Source: Candidatus Latescibacterota bacterium
GTDB lineage: Bacteria; Latescibacterota; UBA2968; UBA8231
DNA length: 64,000 nt
Assembly: GCA_965203355.1 (NCBI GenBank)
Contig: OZ241889.1
Location: 3,968,001 to 4,032,000, forward strand
Reading direction: 5' to 3'
Below the pieces are notes generated by a model. The model had not been told where the DNA came from. It saw only the letters and a list, made by a program, of their open reading frames with translations, and did no database searches. This document shows positions 19,340-30,121 of the stretch, piece by piece; the first letter of the stretch is position 1; each line of letters opens with the position of its first letter. The position numbers were made by a program, and so were the translations under genes.

Positions 19340-20392
19340 TTAACCGAAAAATACCGTAGCTAGGTCGTATAGCTCTTGGTCAACTACCTTGAGCTGATTG
19401 ACGGCCTCGGCGAGTGGGATCGCCACGATTTCATTGCCTTGCAGACTCACCATCTTGCCGAAGTCGCCTTTGTGTACCCAATCGATCGCGGCAATGCCAA
19501 AGCGCGTGCCCAAGACGCGGTCGAAGGCCGTGGGCGTTCCCCCGCGCTGCAAGTGCCCCAGCACCGTAACGCGCGTTTCGTAGTTGGTTGCCTCTTCAAC
19601 CGCGTTGGCGACGAGTTGGCCGATACCACCCAGCTTGACGTGGCCGAATTCGTCGAGTCCCCCTTCGGAGACCACGTACTCTTTCTCCCGGCCTTCCCCG
19701 GAAATCAACTGCGCTCCCTCGGCCACCACCACGATCGAAAAGTCCTTGCCGCGCTCGTGTCGCTTGCGAATGATGCCAACGATTTCTTCGATGGTGTATT
19801 TCTGCTCGGGAATGAGGATCATATCCGCGCCACCAGCCAAACCGGCGTAGAGGGCAATCCAACCGCTGTGCCGCCCCATGACCTCGATGACCATCACGCG
19901 GTTGTGCGATTCGGCCGTGGTGTGAATTCGGTCAATGGCCTCGGTGACAATATTGACTGCGGTGTCAAAACCAAACGTGTAGTCCGTGCCGCTCAGATCG
20001 TTGTCAATGGTCTTAGGTACGCCTACGACCGGTACGCCCATGCTCGTCAGCTTGTTGGCTACCCCCAGCGTGTCCTCGCCCCCGATGGCCACGAGCGCGT
20101 CTAAATTCATCCGCCGCATGTTATCGACGACGATTTTGCCGCCGCCTTCCTGTTTGAACGGGTTGGTGCGCGAAGTGCCGAGGATGGTGCCACCCTTGGG
20201 CAAGATGCCGGAAATCTCCTCCAATCCCAATGGCTCCCAGTCGCACTCCATCATCCCCTTCCAGCCCTTGAGAATGCCACAAAAGCGGTATTGGTATGCA
20301 GTAATACCCTTGCGCACCACAGCGCGAATGACGGCATTGAGCCCCGGACAGTCGCCTCCGCCGGTCAATATGCCGATCGTCTTTTCGGCCAT
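19340..20392 (-). CDS. pfkA: 6-phosphofructokinase with PPi-dependent signature
   Basis: [37 protein letters not shown]. Confidence 0.93.
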   Translation of the reverse strand: MAEKTIGILTGGGDCPGLNAVIRAVVRKGITAYQYRFCGILKGWKGMMECDWEPLGLEEISGILPKGGTILGTSRTNPFKQEGGGKIVVDNMRRMNLDALVAIGGEDTLGVANKLTSMGVPVVGVPKTIDNDLSGTDYTFGFDTAVNIVTEAIDRIHTTAESHNRVMVIEVMGRHSGWIALYAGLAGGADMILIPEQKYTIEEIVGIIRKRHERGKDFSIVVVAEGAQLISGEGREKEYVVSEGGLDEFGHVKLGGIGQLVANAVEEATNYETRVTVLGHLQRGGTPTAFDRVLGTRFGIAAIDWVHKGDFGKMVSLQGNEIVAIPLAEAVNQLKVVDQELYDLATVFFG

Positions 20393-20465
20393 AATATTCG
20401 GACTCCTTGGTTCGCGGCCAACATGGGGGATTCCAAAAGCGTCTGAATGTAGGAATTTGTCAGAA

Positions 20466-21146
20466 TCAGGTCAACAGATCGTCTGCGCCCGAGCGCGCCA
20501 AGACAACAGCCCACAAGCGGCGATCGCCTCCTACGGCTTGCGCACAGGCGACCATGGTCTCTCCGGTCGTCCACACGTCATCTACTATCCCGATTCGGGG
20601 GCCTGCGGGCGGCGCGGTCTTGCACACAAAGGCACCGCGGAGATTGGCGCGGCGTTCTGCGGCCGACAAGAGCGCTTGCTGCCGCGTATTTCTCCGTCTC
20701 CGCACGGTCTCGTGGTACACGGGTACGCCGAGCACGGCCCCTAACCCAGCGGCGATTTCCGCACTCTGATTGAACCCGCGCTCCCGCAGCCGAGCTGGGT
20801 GCAAAGGTACGGGCAGCAAGCAGTCCAGCGGAGCGAGTTGCTCGGCCAAGCAATGCCCCATGCGCTCGCCCAATGCCCGCCCGAGACGCACTTGGTTGCG
20901 AAACTTAAGTGCGTAAATGGCCTGTTGCAGTACGCCCGTGAACGGCCCCAAAGAGACGACCTGTTCAAACGCACGGCTTCCATCCTCGGTTTGCGAATGC
21001 GCGCGGCGCGATACAACTTCCGCCCAGCACGGTCCGCATAACAACTCGGCGGCCTCAATGTACGCTTGGCAAACTATACAGTGCGGCGGATAAGCAAAGT
21101 CCAACAGAGCACGGCCCCACGTCTGTAGTGTTTCTATTTTGCCCAC
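20466..21146 (-). CDS. comF: ComF family protein (zinc ribbon + phosphoribosyltransferase)
   Basis: CIVC..CGPC, PVPLHPARLRERGFNQS, VDDVWTTGET. Confidence 0.88.
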   Translation of the reverse strand: MGKIETLQTWGRALLDFAYPPHCIVCQAYIEAAELLCGPCWAEVVSRRAHSQTEDGSRAFEQVVSLGPFTGVLQQAIYALKFRNQVRLGRALGERMGHCLAEQLAPLDCLLPVPLHPARLRERGFNQSAEIAAGLGAVLGVPVYHETVRRRRNTRQQALLSAAERRANLRGAFVCKTAPPAGPRIGIVDDVWTTGETMVACAQAVGGDRRLWAVVLARSGADDLLT

Positions 21147-21310
21147 TGTTCGTTACCTAAGAGAGACGCGAAGCGCGTGACACGCCCGCTATATAGGACA
21201 AAGAAAAAACCGTGCCAACTCAACGCGCCGTCCGCTTTCTTGCGGACTTGCCATGATTCACTCCTTTCTCGTACTATTACCCAACCCACATTCCGAACAA
21301 AGGATCGATT

Positions 21311-24199
21311 ATGCCCTTGCTATACGCGCTATTCTTTCTCGCCTTGGCCGAGGCCCTGCCCGCTGAGTACAACCTGCTTCACGGCCCGGACCCCAAAGAC
21401 CCCATGGCAGCTCATATCTACCAATTGGACAATGGCCTGACAGTCTATCTGACCGAAAACAGAGAAGAGCCGCGCTTTTACGCCGAAATCGCCATCCGCG
21501 CCGGTTCCAAGCACGACCCCCAAGACGCCACCGGCATCGCCCATTACCTAGAGCACATGCTCTTCAAAGGCAGCAAAAAGATCGGCACTCTCGACTACGA
21601 AAAGGAACAAGTCCACCTCGACCGCATTGAGACGCTCTACGAGCAGCACTTTGTCGAGACAGATCCAGAAAAAAGGGCCGCTATCTACGCACAGATCAAC
21701 GCCGAAAACCAACTTGCTGCCACCTACGCCATTCCCAATGAACTCGACCGCCTCTACACCGCAATGGGCGAGCGCGGCCTCAACGCCCATACCTGGGTCG
21801 AGGAAACCGTCTATAAGGTGGAACTGCCAGCCAATCGTCTAGCCCAATGGGCCAAAGTCGAGGCCGAGCGCTTTCACGAACCGGTCTTCCGCCTCTTCCA
21901 AACCGAATTAGAAACCGTCTATGAAGAAAAAAACCGCTCCCTCGACAACAAGGGCCGCGTCATCCACAAGGCCGTGCAAGAGCAACTCTACAAGGTCCAT
22001 CCCTATCGCATCACCACGCTAGGCACGGTAGAGCACCTAAAAAATCCCTCGCTAGAGCGCATGTACGAATTTTACAACACGTACTACGTGCCCAACAATA
22101 TGGCGATCTTCATCTCTGGCGACATCGACATCGACGCGACCATCCAGCTCATCGACCGAGAATTTTCTCGCTGGGAGCGCCGGGAACTGCCTGAATTCCC
22201 CAACTACCCAGAGCCTGCGATCAACGGGGCAGAACGGATCGAGGTCAATTATCCCGGCGAGGAATACGTGCTGTTGGCTTTTCGCACCGCCGAGCAGTTG
22301 CACGAGGACGCCGAGACCTTGCAAATCCTCGACATGATCCTTGATAACGCCACGGCTGGGCTGATCAACCTCAACCTCAATCAGCAACAGAAAGTGCGCG
22401 AAGCCGGCTCCTACCCTTATCTACTCAACGACTACGGTGCCCAGTACTTGTGGGGCATTCCCAAACAGGATCAGACCCTTGAGGAAGTCGAAGCCCTGCT
22501 CTTGGCGCAGATTGACCTGATCAAGGAGGGGCAATTCGAAGATTGGATCATACCGGCCATTGTCACCGACTTCAAAAAGAGCGTAAAGCAGGGGCTAGAA
22601 AACAATAGTTCTCGGGTCGGCTTCATGCGCGATTCGTATATCGGGTTTGAAAAATGGAGCCACGCCGTGCGCTCCCTCGACCGCATGGCCGAGCTCGAAA
22701 AGCACGACGTCGTCGAAGTCGCCAACAAGTACTTCAACGGCGCGTATGTCGCTGGCTACCGCCGCGATGGCCAGCAGGACATACCCGAGATCGCCAAGCC
22801 GCCCATCGACAAAATCGACATTGACGCCGCGCGCCAATCGGCCTTTTTCGCCGAGGTCATGGCCATGCCCTTTGAGGAAATCGAGCCAGCGTACCTCGTG
22901 CCCGAGCGCGACTTCATCACCCGCGAGTTGGCGGGCGGCAGCAAACTCTACTACACCCGCAACCCGCTCAACGATCTCTTTGAATTTTCTATCGCAATCG
23001 ACCTTGGCTCCCTAACCGAAAATCGCCTGCCCGTAGCCCGCGAACTGCTCGACAAGTCGGGCACCCCGCACTTTGCCGCCGAAGAGCTGAAAAAGGAGTG
23101 GTACAAGCTGGGCACTGACTTTAAGATGAGCGTCGGCGACCAAGAGACTGGGATTTCCATTTCGGGCCTCGACGAAAACTTCGCCGCATCGCTGGCCTTA
23201 TTGTCCGAGCTAATGCACACTCCAACCACCGACGACGCCACGCTCGCCGAGCTTCAGTCCATCATCGTCGCGCGGCGCGACGACGCTCTCAAGGATCACC
23301 GTACCATCCACGAAGCACTCTACCGCTACCACCGCTTAGGCGACATGGCGTACTACCGCCGAGTCCCCTCCAACGAGGAAGTTCGCGCCCTGAGGCGTCA
23401 AGAACTCATCGATCTACTCGGCAGCCTGCTCTCCTATCGCCAGACCCTCAGCTACACCGGGTCGCAGACCATCGAAGCCGTACAGGCCATCCTTGCCCAG
23501 CACTACCCGCTACCCGAGTCGCCGGTCGAACCGCCGCCCTATCAGGTGTTAGAATTCACTCAGCCTGAAAAAACCCAGATATACTTCTTTGACAAGGAAA
23601 TGGCCCAAGCTTCGGTGAGGATCGAGTACGTAGATGTGCCCTATCAAGCAGCGCTCGAGCCAGCCGTCGAACTGTTCAACGACTACTTCTACGGCGGCAT
23701 GGCTGGCATCGTATTCCAAGAAATCCGCGAAGCACGCGCCTTGGCGTATTCGGTGGGTGCCCTCTACTTCAATGGCCGCGACAAAGCCGACTACAACTAC
23801 ATGGTCGGCGGCATGGGTACGCAAGCCGACAAGACACCCGAGGCGGTCGCGGCTTTCGTCGGCCTGCTCGACGACATTCCCTCCTCGCCCGAGCGCTTTG
23901 CCGCCGCCCAGCTTTCAGTGCTCAACAAGTACCGCACGGAACGGCTCGGCTTCCGCTCGGTGCTGGGGGCTGTGCGCGGCTGGGAGCGCAAGGGGCTAAC
24001 CGGCGACCCGCGCACTTGGCGCTTTGAGCAGATCCAAGCCAGCAGCCTCGACGAAGTGCTCGAATTCTACCGCCAGCACATCCAAGGCCGCCCCAAGCTG
24101 ATCTCGATCACCGGCGACAAAAGCAAAATGGACTTCGAGGCCCTAGCCGCACAGGGCGAGATCGTCGAGCTGGGCTTGGAAGACCTGTTCGCCTTCTGA
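21311..24199 (+). CDS. M16 (pitrilysin/insulinase) family zinc peptidase with signal peptide
   Basis: LDNGLTVYL, GIAHYLEHMLFKG (inverted HxxEH), LNAHTW, IREARALAYSV in the C-half. Confidence 0.92.
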   Translation: MPLLYALFFLALAEALPAEYNLLHGPDPKDPMAAHIYQLDNGLTVYLTENREEPRFYAEIAIRAGSKHDPQDATGIAHYLEHMLFKGSKKIGTLDYEKEQVHLDRIETLYEQHFVETDPEKRAAIYAQINAENQLAATYAIPNELDRLYTAMGERGLNAHTWVEETVYKVELPANRLAQWAKVEAERFHEPVFRLFQTELETVYEEKNRSLDNKGRVIHKAVQEQLYKVHPYRITTLGTVEHLKNPSLERMYEFYNTYYVPNNMAIFISGDIDIDATIQLIDREFSRWERRELPEFPNYPEPAINGAERIEVNYPGEEYVLLAFRTAEQLHEDAETLQILDMILDNATAGLINLNLNQQQKVREAGSYPYLLNDYGAQYLWGIPKQDQTLEEVEALLLAQIDLIKEGQFEDWIIPAIVTDFKKSVKQGLENNSSRVGFMRDSYIGFEKWSHAVRSLDRMAELEKHDVVEVANKYFNGAYVAGYRRDGQQDIPEIAKPPIDKIDIDAARQSAFFAEVMAMPFEEIEPAYLVPERDFITRELAGGSKLYYTRNPLNDLFEFSIAIDLGSLTENRLPVARELLDKSGTPHFAAEELKKEWYKLGTDFKMSVGDQETGISISGLDENFAASLALLSELMHTPTTDDATLAELQSIIVARRDDALKDHRTIHEALYRYHRLGDMAYYRRVPSNEEVRALRRQELIDLLGSLLSYRQTLSYTGSQTIEAVQAILAQHYPLPESPVEPPPYQVLEFTQPEKTQIYFFDKEMAQASVRIEYVDVPYQAALEPAVELFNDYFYGGMAGIVFQEIREARALAYSVGALYFNGRDKADYNYMVGGMGTQADKTPEAVAAFVGLLDDIPSSPERFAAAQLSVLNKYRTERLGFRSVLGAVRGWERKGLTGDPRTWRFEQIQASSLDEVLEFYRQHIQGRPKLISITGDKSKMDFEALAAQGEIVELGLEDLFAF

Positions 24200-24205
24200 G
24201 TCCTA

Positions 24206-24234
24206 TTGACAAAGCCCCACCCACCGTCTAGCTT
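24206..24234 (+). promoter_or_regulatory. Sigma70-type promoter of tRNA-Met
   Basis: TTGACA-17 nt-TAGCTT, 13 nt before the tRNA 5' end. Confidence 0.7.
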
Positions 24235-24247
24235 TTAGACGGTTTTA

Positions 24248-24324
24248 GGCGGCGTAGCTCAGTTGGTTAGAGCAGTGGAATCATAATCCATAGGTCGGGG
24301 GTTCGAGTCCCTTCGCCGCTACCA
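24248..24324 (+). tRNA. tRNA-Met(CAT), elongator-like
   Basis: GGCGGCGTAGCTCAGTTGGTTAGAGCA GTGGA ATCATAA TCCAT AGGTCGGGGGTTCGAGTCCCTTCGCCGCTACCA; lacks initiator features. Ile2 is not fully excluded. Confidence 0.93.
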
Positions 24325-24363
24325 TATTTCCCACCGCCAATTTTAGCGGTTTGTTGTTTAACC

Positions 24364-24396
24364 CAAGCCCCCGGGGAGCACCTCCTCGGGGGCTTG
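24364..24396 (+). terminator. Hairpin terminator after tRNA-Met
   Basis: CAAGCCCCCGGGGAG-cac-CTCCTCGGGGGCTTG, 15-bp stem with one G-U pair. Confidence 0.7.
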
Positions 24397-24726
24397 TCAT
24401 ATCTTGCTTTTTTAGCACTTGCGCGGCCCCACACTGAAATGATCGACGAACTGGCGCAGACATACGCGCATTATGTGGCATTGCGGCGCGAACTCTCGCT
24501 GTGGGTTGAGCAGAGCATTCGCCGCGATAGGCCGGACAAAAACTAAGGCGGCGAGGACGAGGCCAATTTTGCGCTGGCCTTTTTTCGCAGTATCTGAATC
24601 AGCGGCGACTGGTCGACGAACCCAAGGTCGAGGCCCAGCACATCGGCCACTGGACTGAGGGAGTGCCCGTTTGGTGTGGCTGGATGCACGACGTCTTTTT
24701 GAGCCACTGAACAGGAGCTTGAGTCT

Positions 24727-27066
24727 ATGTTCAATAGACACCTATCACAGGGGCTTTCTGCTCTGTGTCTATCTTGCGCTACAATTCTTCAACTTTATGC
24801 TATAGGTGGGGCTGCTACTCTCACTGTAACTACATTGGATTCCCTGACACAAGAGCCAATTAATGGGGTGTTTGTGAATGTTGTAGGATCCCCGCATAAG
24901 TCAACAACAGATATTGAAGGAAAAATTCGCCTTGAACTAGCTCCAGGCCATATAGTTCTCCAGTACTCCCATATTGCCTATTCCAGTGGTACTGTACAAA
25001 CACACTTGGATTCATTAGGTTCGACTCTCCTGATCCTACTTCAAACCCATCCAGTTAAGATTCCCGAGGTGATAATAAGTACTTTGGCCAGTACACTAGA
25101 GCCAGACAAGACCGACATCTCACTGACTGAATTACGAAGATATCCTGCTCCGACCAATGACCCTTTACGATATCTGAAAGTATTGCCCGGAATCACCTCG
25201 GGTAACGACTTCAGTGAATTATACAACGTCCAAGGTGGCAACTACGATCAAAACCTTGTGTATATCAACGGAATAGAAATGGAGGCGCCTCTTCTGCTAC
25301 GACGAGGTCTAGCTCAGACCCTTTCCGTGTTGAACCCTGCAATGATTGACAGCATGACATTTCGAGCTATCTCATTTCCTGTGTCATTCGGAGATAAACT
25401 CAGTAGTGTGCTCGATGCCAACTACAAGCTGGATGAGAAGGAGAATAGAGGGGTATTGGACTTATCAGCAACAACTCAGAGCTTAACGCTCCAAGCCCAT
25501 CTAGCTCAATCTATCAATTTCATTAGCGGCATACGTTATTCCAATCTGGACCGCCATGCTCGAGGTCTGCAAGTTTCCGGCCAATTTGATCGGAGGTTTT
25601 GGGATTGGCAGACTCAGATAAGAGTCAAGTACCCCCGAATCGGCCAACTAACACTCTATATGGCGACTATCAGAAGCGTCTTTGGCATGAGGCCAGAGGA
25701 AATTTTACTTCGCTACAACTGCCATGCTTTTCGGCACAAGAAAATATGCGATGAGTACCACGGTTTCGCGCGCGGGCATGAAAACTTCACTTACGAGGAT
25801 AATCTCCTGGGAATGTCCGTGGAGCGAATAGCAAGACATGGGAGAATCAAAGCATATACCAATATAGTACACAAGAGAGAAGACGAAGATACCAACTTGC
25901 AGTACGAAATTGAACCTAATAGCATTCGAAGCACGGAGGCATTCGCTAACCAACTGAAACAGATAAAGATCGAATCTGGAATAGTCGCATCAAAGAACTT
26001 AGAAGCATCACATTTCACGGTAGGAGCAGGTGTGAAATTCCTAACGATCGATGGCAATGTGAATTCTCTTGAGGAAATTACATATAGCCGTAGAAGGTTC
26101 TTCTCGCAAGACATCAAATCAGAATTGCAACGCAACTACAACGACAGTTTCTTCTATCTTCAAAGCCGACGCCAAGCTGGACGCTTATGGACCCTTTTTG
26201 GAGTTCGCATCGCTCAGTTTGGGGCAACCGGTGAGACCATTGTAATGCCACGAGTCAGCACTAATTATCGACTTTTCCCCTCTGTTTCATGGATACTTGC
26301 AGCCGGGCGGCATGCACAGCCACCTATGTACAAGGAGTTCTTACTAAGCCCTGTAAGAGATAGTCTTAAATCGCAACGATCCGACCAAATAGGCACTGGG
26401 CTTATTTACGAAATCCAAGATTCATTGTATTGGAGCATCGAGACCTTCTATAGATACCAGTGGAGAATGATCTCTTACGAAATTGACGATCTTCGAATAC
26501 ACTATTCAGGTGTGAATGACTCGAAAGGACGAGTCTTTGGTGTGAATTCGAAACTTAGAGGAAAGCTAGACAGTCTAATTGGAATTGTGAGCTATGGCTA
26601 TTTGATAGCGAGAGACAACATCATTAGAGATGGCCACAACTATCTTCCGCGAGCAAGTGATCAGCGCCATACGCTATCCGTGTATCTTGAAGATAGGATG
26701 TTCCTAGACTCTCTGAGGATACGTTGCTGGAATTACTCTCGATTTCACATTCGCGCCTTGTATGGAAGTGGCTTTCCACATACTCCAAAGATCGTAGCTA
26801 TTTCGGAAGATGGAAACTCACAATTAACTGATGGACCACGCCATAGCGTGAGAGATAGACCGTACTTTAGGTTTGACGTCGGGATGACTCAATCGATCAG
26901 CTTATGGGGAAAGACGCTTCATCTCCGTGAAGAAATAGCAAATGTGTTTGATCAATATAATGTCTTAGGCTATTCTTATCTCCCATCATCAAGTGGAGAA
27001 CCAATTGAGCTCCGTAGGTCGCTGGGGCGTCGGGTTTACAACATTTCGGTGTCCGTAGAACTTTAA
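24727..27066 (+). CDS. TonB-dependent outer-membrane receptor with N-terminal carboxypeptidase-regulatory-like domain; low GC
   Basis: Signal peptide, DSLTQEPINGVFV..TTDIEG, plug DPLRYLKVLPGI..NVQGGNYDQNLVYINGI, LSSVLD, C-terminal YFRFDVG..IANVFD beta strands. Confidence 0.85.
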   Translation: MFNRHLSQGLSALCLSCATILQLYAIGGAATLTVTTLDSLTQEPINGVFVNVVGSPHKSTTDIEGKIRLELAPGHIVLQYSHIAYSSGTVQTHLDSLGSTLLILLQTHPVKIPEVIISTLASTLEPDKTDISLTELRRYPAPTNDPLRYLKVLPGITSGNDFSELYNVQGGNYDQNLVYINGIEMEAPLLLRRGLAQTLSVLNPAMIDSMTFRAISFPVSFGDKLSSVLDANYKLDEKENRGVLDLSATTQSLTLQAHLAQSINFISGIRYSNLDRHARGLQVSGQFDRRFWDWQTQIRVKYPRIGQLTLYMATIRSVFGMRPEEILLRYNCHAFRHKKICDEYHGFARGHENFTYEDNLLGMSVERIARHGRIKAYTNIVHKREDEDTNLQYEIEPNSIRSTEAFANQLKQIKIESGIVASKNLEASHFTVGAGVKFLTIDGNVNSLEEITYSRRRFFSQDIKSELQRNYNDSFFYLQSRRQAGRLWTLFGVRIAQFGATGETIVMPRVSTNYRLFPSVSWILAAGRHAQPPMYKEFLLSPVRDSLKSQRSDQIGTGLIYEIQDSLYWSIETFYRYQWRMISYEIDDLRIHYSGVNDSKGRVFGVNSKLRGKLDSLIGIVSYGYLIARDNIIRDGHNYLPRASDQRHTLSVYLEDRMFLDSLRIRCWNYSRFHIRALYGSGFPHTPKIVAISEDGNSQLTDGPRHSVRDRPYFRFDVGMTQSISLWGKTLHLREEIANVFDQYNVLGYSYLPSSSGEPIELRRSLGRRVYNISVSVEL

Positions 27067-27094
27067 CTCACTTATAGTTGCCATCCATCCCTTA

Positions 27095-27238
27095 GAAGCC
27101 TTTTTAAAATTCTCGTCGGACTACTTCAACGGGTCGTCGAGAGGTTCCTGGACCGGGCGTTTTCCGCGGGCGAGACTCCAGTACTACTAGGCTTTTTGGG
27201 GGATCAAAAAACAATAAGAATAATTTTAAAAACGCTTC
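27095..27238. mobile_element. MITE-like element, copy B (144 bp)
   Basis: TIR GAAGCCTTTTTAA / TTAAAAACGCTTC (1 mismatch), flanks TTA and TAA; shares the 24-bp core GCGTTTTCCGCGGGCGAGACTCCA with copy A. Confidence 0.78.
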
Positions 27239-27372
27239 TAAAATGATGCTCGGGTTGGTAGCTGAAGAACATCAAGGCAATCTGTGATACCTCAGCGGGA
27301 TGATTGGCTTAACAGGTCGAAGGCGTCCTCAGTGCTGCGGATCTTGGCGATGAGTGGTGCGATTAACCACGT

Positions 27373-27408
27373 AAAAGGCACTTGCGATTGCGCTCGCAAG
27401 TGCCTTTT
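27373..27408. terminator. Intrinsic terminator of the atp operon (bidirectional shape)
   Basis: AAAAGGCACTTGCGA-ttgcgc-TCGCAAGTGCCTTTT, 23 nt after the atpC stop. Confidence 0.9.
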
Positions 27409-27431
27409 GCTTTGCAAGTATCCCTTATCCC

Positions 27432-27827
27432 TTACTCGCGGAGGCGATTGATCGCCCGCGCCAGCGCCGCCTGCGCTCGCGCTCTATCGACCCGCTCCTC
27501 CCGCGCCCGTGCCAACTCTTCCTCGGCCCGCCGCCGTGCGGCCTCGGCCCGCTCAACGTCGATCTCCTCAATGCGTTCGGCCGTCTCGGCTAGCACCGAA
27601 ACTTGCTCGCGCCTGACTTCGACAAAACCGCCGCTGATGGCCATTTTGACCTCATTGCCATCCTCCTCGACAAAGCGCAACCGCCCTATCTGCAATCCGG
27701 TCAAAAGCGGGATGTGTCCAGCGAGGACGCCAAAACCCCCCTCGCTACCGGGTGCTTGCAGGCTGGTAACCTGCCCCGAGTAGACCACCCGCTCTGGCGT
27801 GACGACCTCTAAGGCGAAAGCGGGCAT
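27432..27827 (-). CDS. atpC: ATP synthase F1 epsilon
   Basis: LEVVTPER, GFGVLAGHIP, ISGGFVEV, EIDVERA. Confidence 0.95.
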   Translation of the reverse strand: MPAFALEVVTPERVVYSGQVTSLQAPGSEGGFGVLAGHIPLLTGLQIGRLRFVEEDGNEVKMAISGGFVEVRREQVSVLAETAERIEEIDVERAEAARRRAEEELARAREERVDRARAQAALARAINRLRE

Positions 27828-27830
27828 CGA

Positions 27831-29255
<1,425 letters not shown>

Positions 29256-30110
29256 CTATTGAGCGACAGCCTCGGCCCCACCGATGATGTCCATCAATTC
29301 GAGGGTTATCGAGGCTTGCCGCTCCTTGTTCATTTCGCGGGTCAGATCCTCGATCATGTCTCTGGCGTTCTTGGTGGCATTGTCCATCGCCATCATCTGG
29401 GCGGCGAAAAAGCCCACATTCGACTCCAGCAGAGCGCACCAGACTTGGAAGTTGACCTGACGCGCAACCAAGGTGCCCAACAGGACCTCGGGCGATGGCT
29501 CGAATTCGTACTGGGCACTTTCACCTGCTTCCTCTTCGGGGGTGATGGGCAAGAGTTGGCGGACGGTGGGTACTTGGGAAGTAACAGAGGCGTATTCGCT
29601 ATAGCAGAGCAATATCCGGTCGGTCTGGCCAGCGGCAAAGCGACTCGTTAGATCCGCGGCTATATCTACGGCGCGGACGAATTCGAGCTGGCTGAATACA
29701 TCGGCGTGATGGCGGGAAATTGGGTAGTCGCGATGGCTGAAGAAATCCCGGCCCTTGTTCCCAATGGTGACCAGATCAAGTTGGGCATCCGCATACTCGT
29801 CCAATTCTTCCTGAACCCGGCGGCACAGGTTGGTGTTAAAGGCACCGCAAAGGCCGCGGTCGGAGGTTATGACCACCAGCACGACGCGCTGGACCGGGCG
29901 ACTCGCAAAGAGCGGCTGCTCATAGGCATTGACGCTCTGGTGCAGTGCTTTCAGTACTTGGTCCAGCCTTTGGGCGTACGGCCGGGCAGCTAAAATCGCC
30001 GCCTGAGCGCGGCGCATCTTGGCCGCTGCCACCATCTGCATGGCGTTGGTGACGCGCTGGATATTGGTGATGCTGGCGACGCGCGTCCTGAGTTCGCGAA
30101 GGGTAGCCAC
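29256..30110 (-). CDS. atpG: ATP synthase F1 gamma
   Basis: VTNAMQMVAAAK, ITSDRGLCGAFN, AMDNATKNA, RQASITLEL. Confidence 0.96.
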   Translation of the reverse strand: MATLRELRTRVASITNIQRVTNAMQMVAAAKMRRAQAAILAARPYAQRLDQVLKALHQSVNAYEQPLFASRPVQRVVLVVITSDRGLCGAFNTNLCRRVQEELDEYADAQLDLVTIGNKGRDFFSHRDYPISRHHADVFSQLEFVRAVDIAADLTSRFAAGQTDRILLCYSEYASVTSQVPTVRQLLPITPEEEAGESAQYEFEPSPEVLLGTLVARQVNFQVWCALLESNVGFFAAQMMAMDNATKNARDMIEDLTREMNKERQASITLELMDIIGGAEAVAQ

Positions 30111-30121
30111 TGCTTAGTTCC

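Noticed and set aside
27241-27370. Short minus-strand reading LIAPLIAKIRSTEDAFDLLSQSSR
   Set aside because: No start or RBS and too short to assign.
24300-27430. Integrative element or prophage at tRNA-Met
   Set aside because: No integrase and no repeat of the tRNA 3' end found by eye on the right side.
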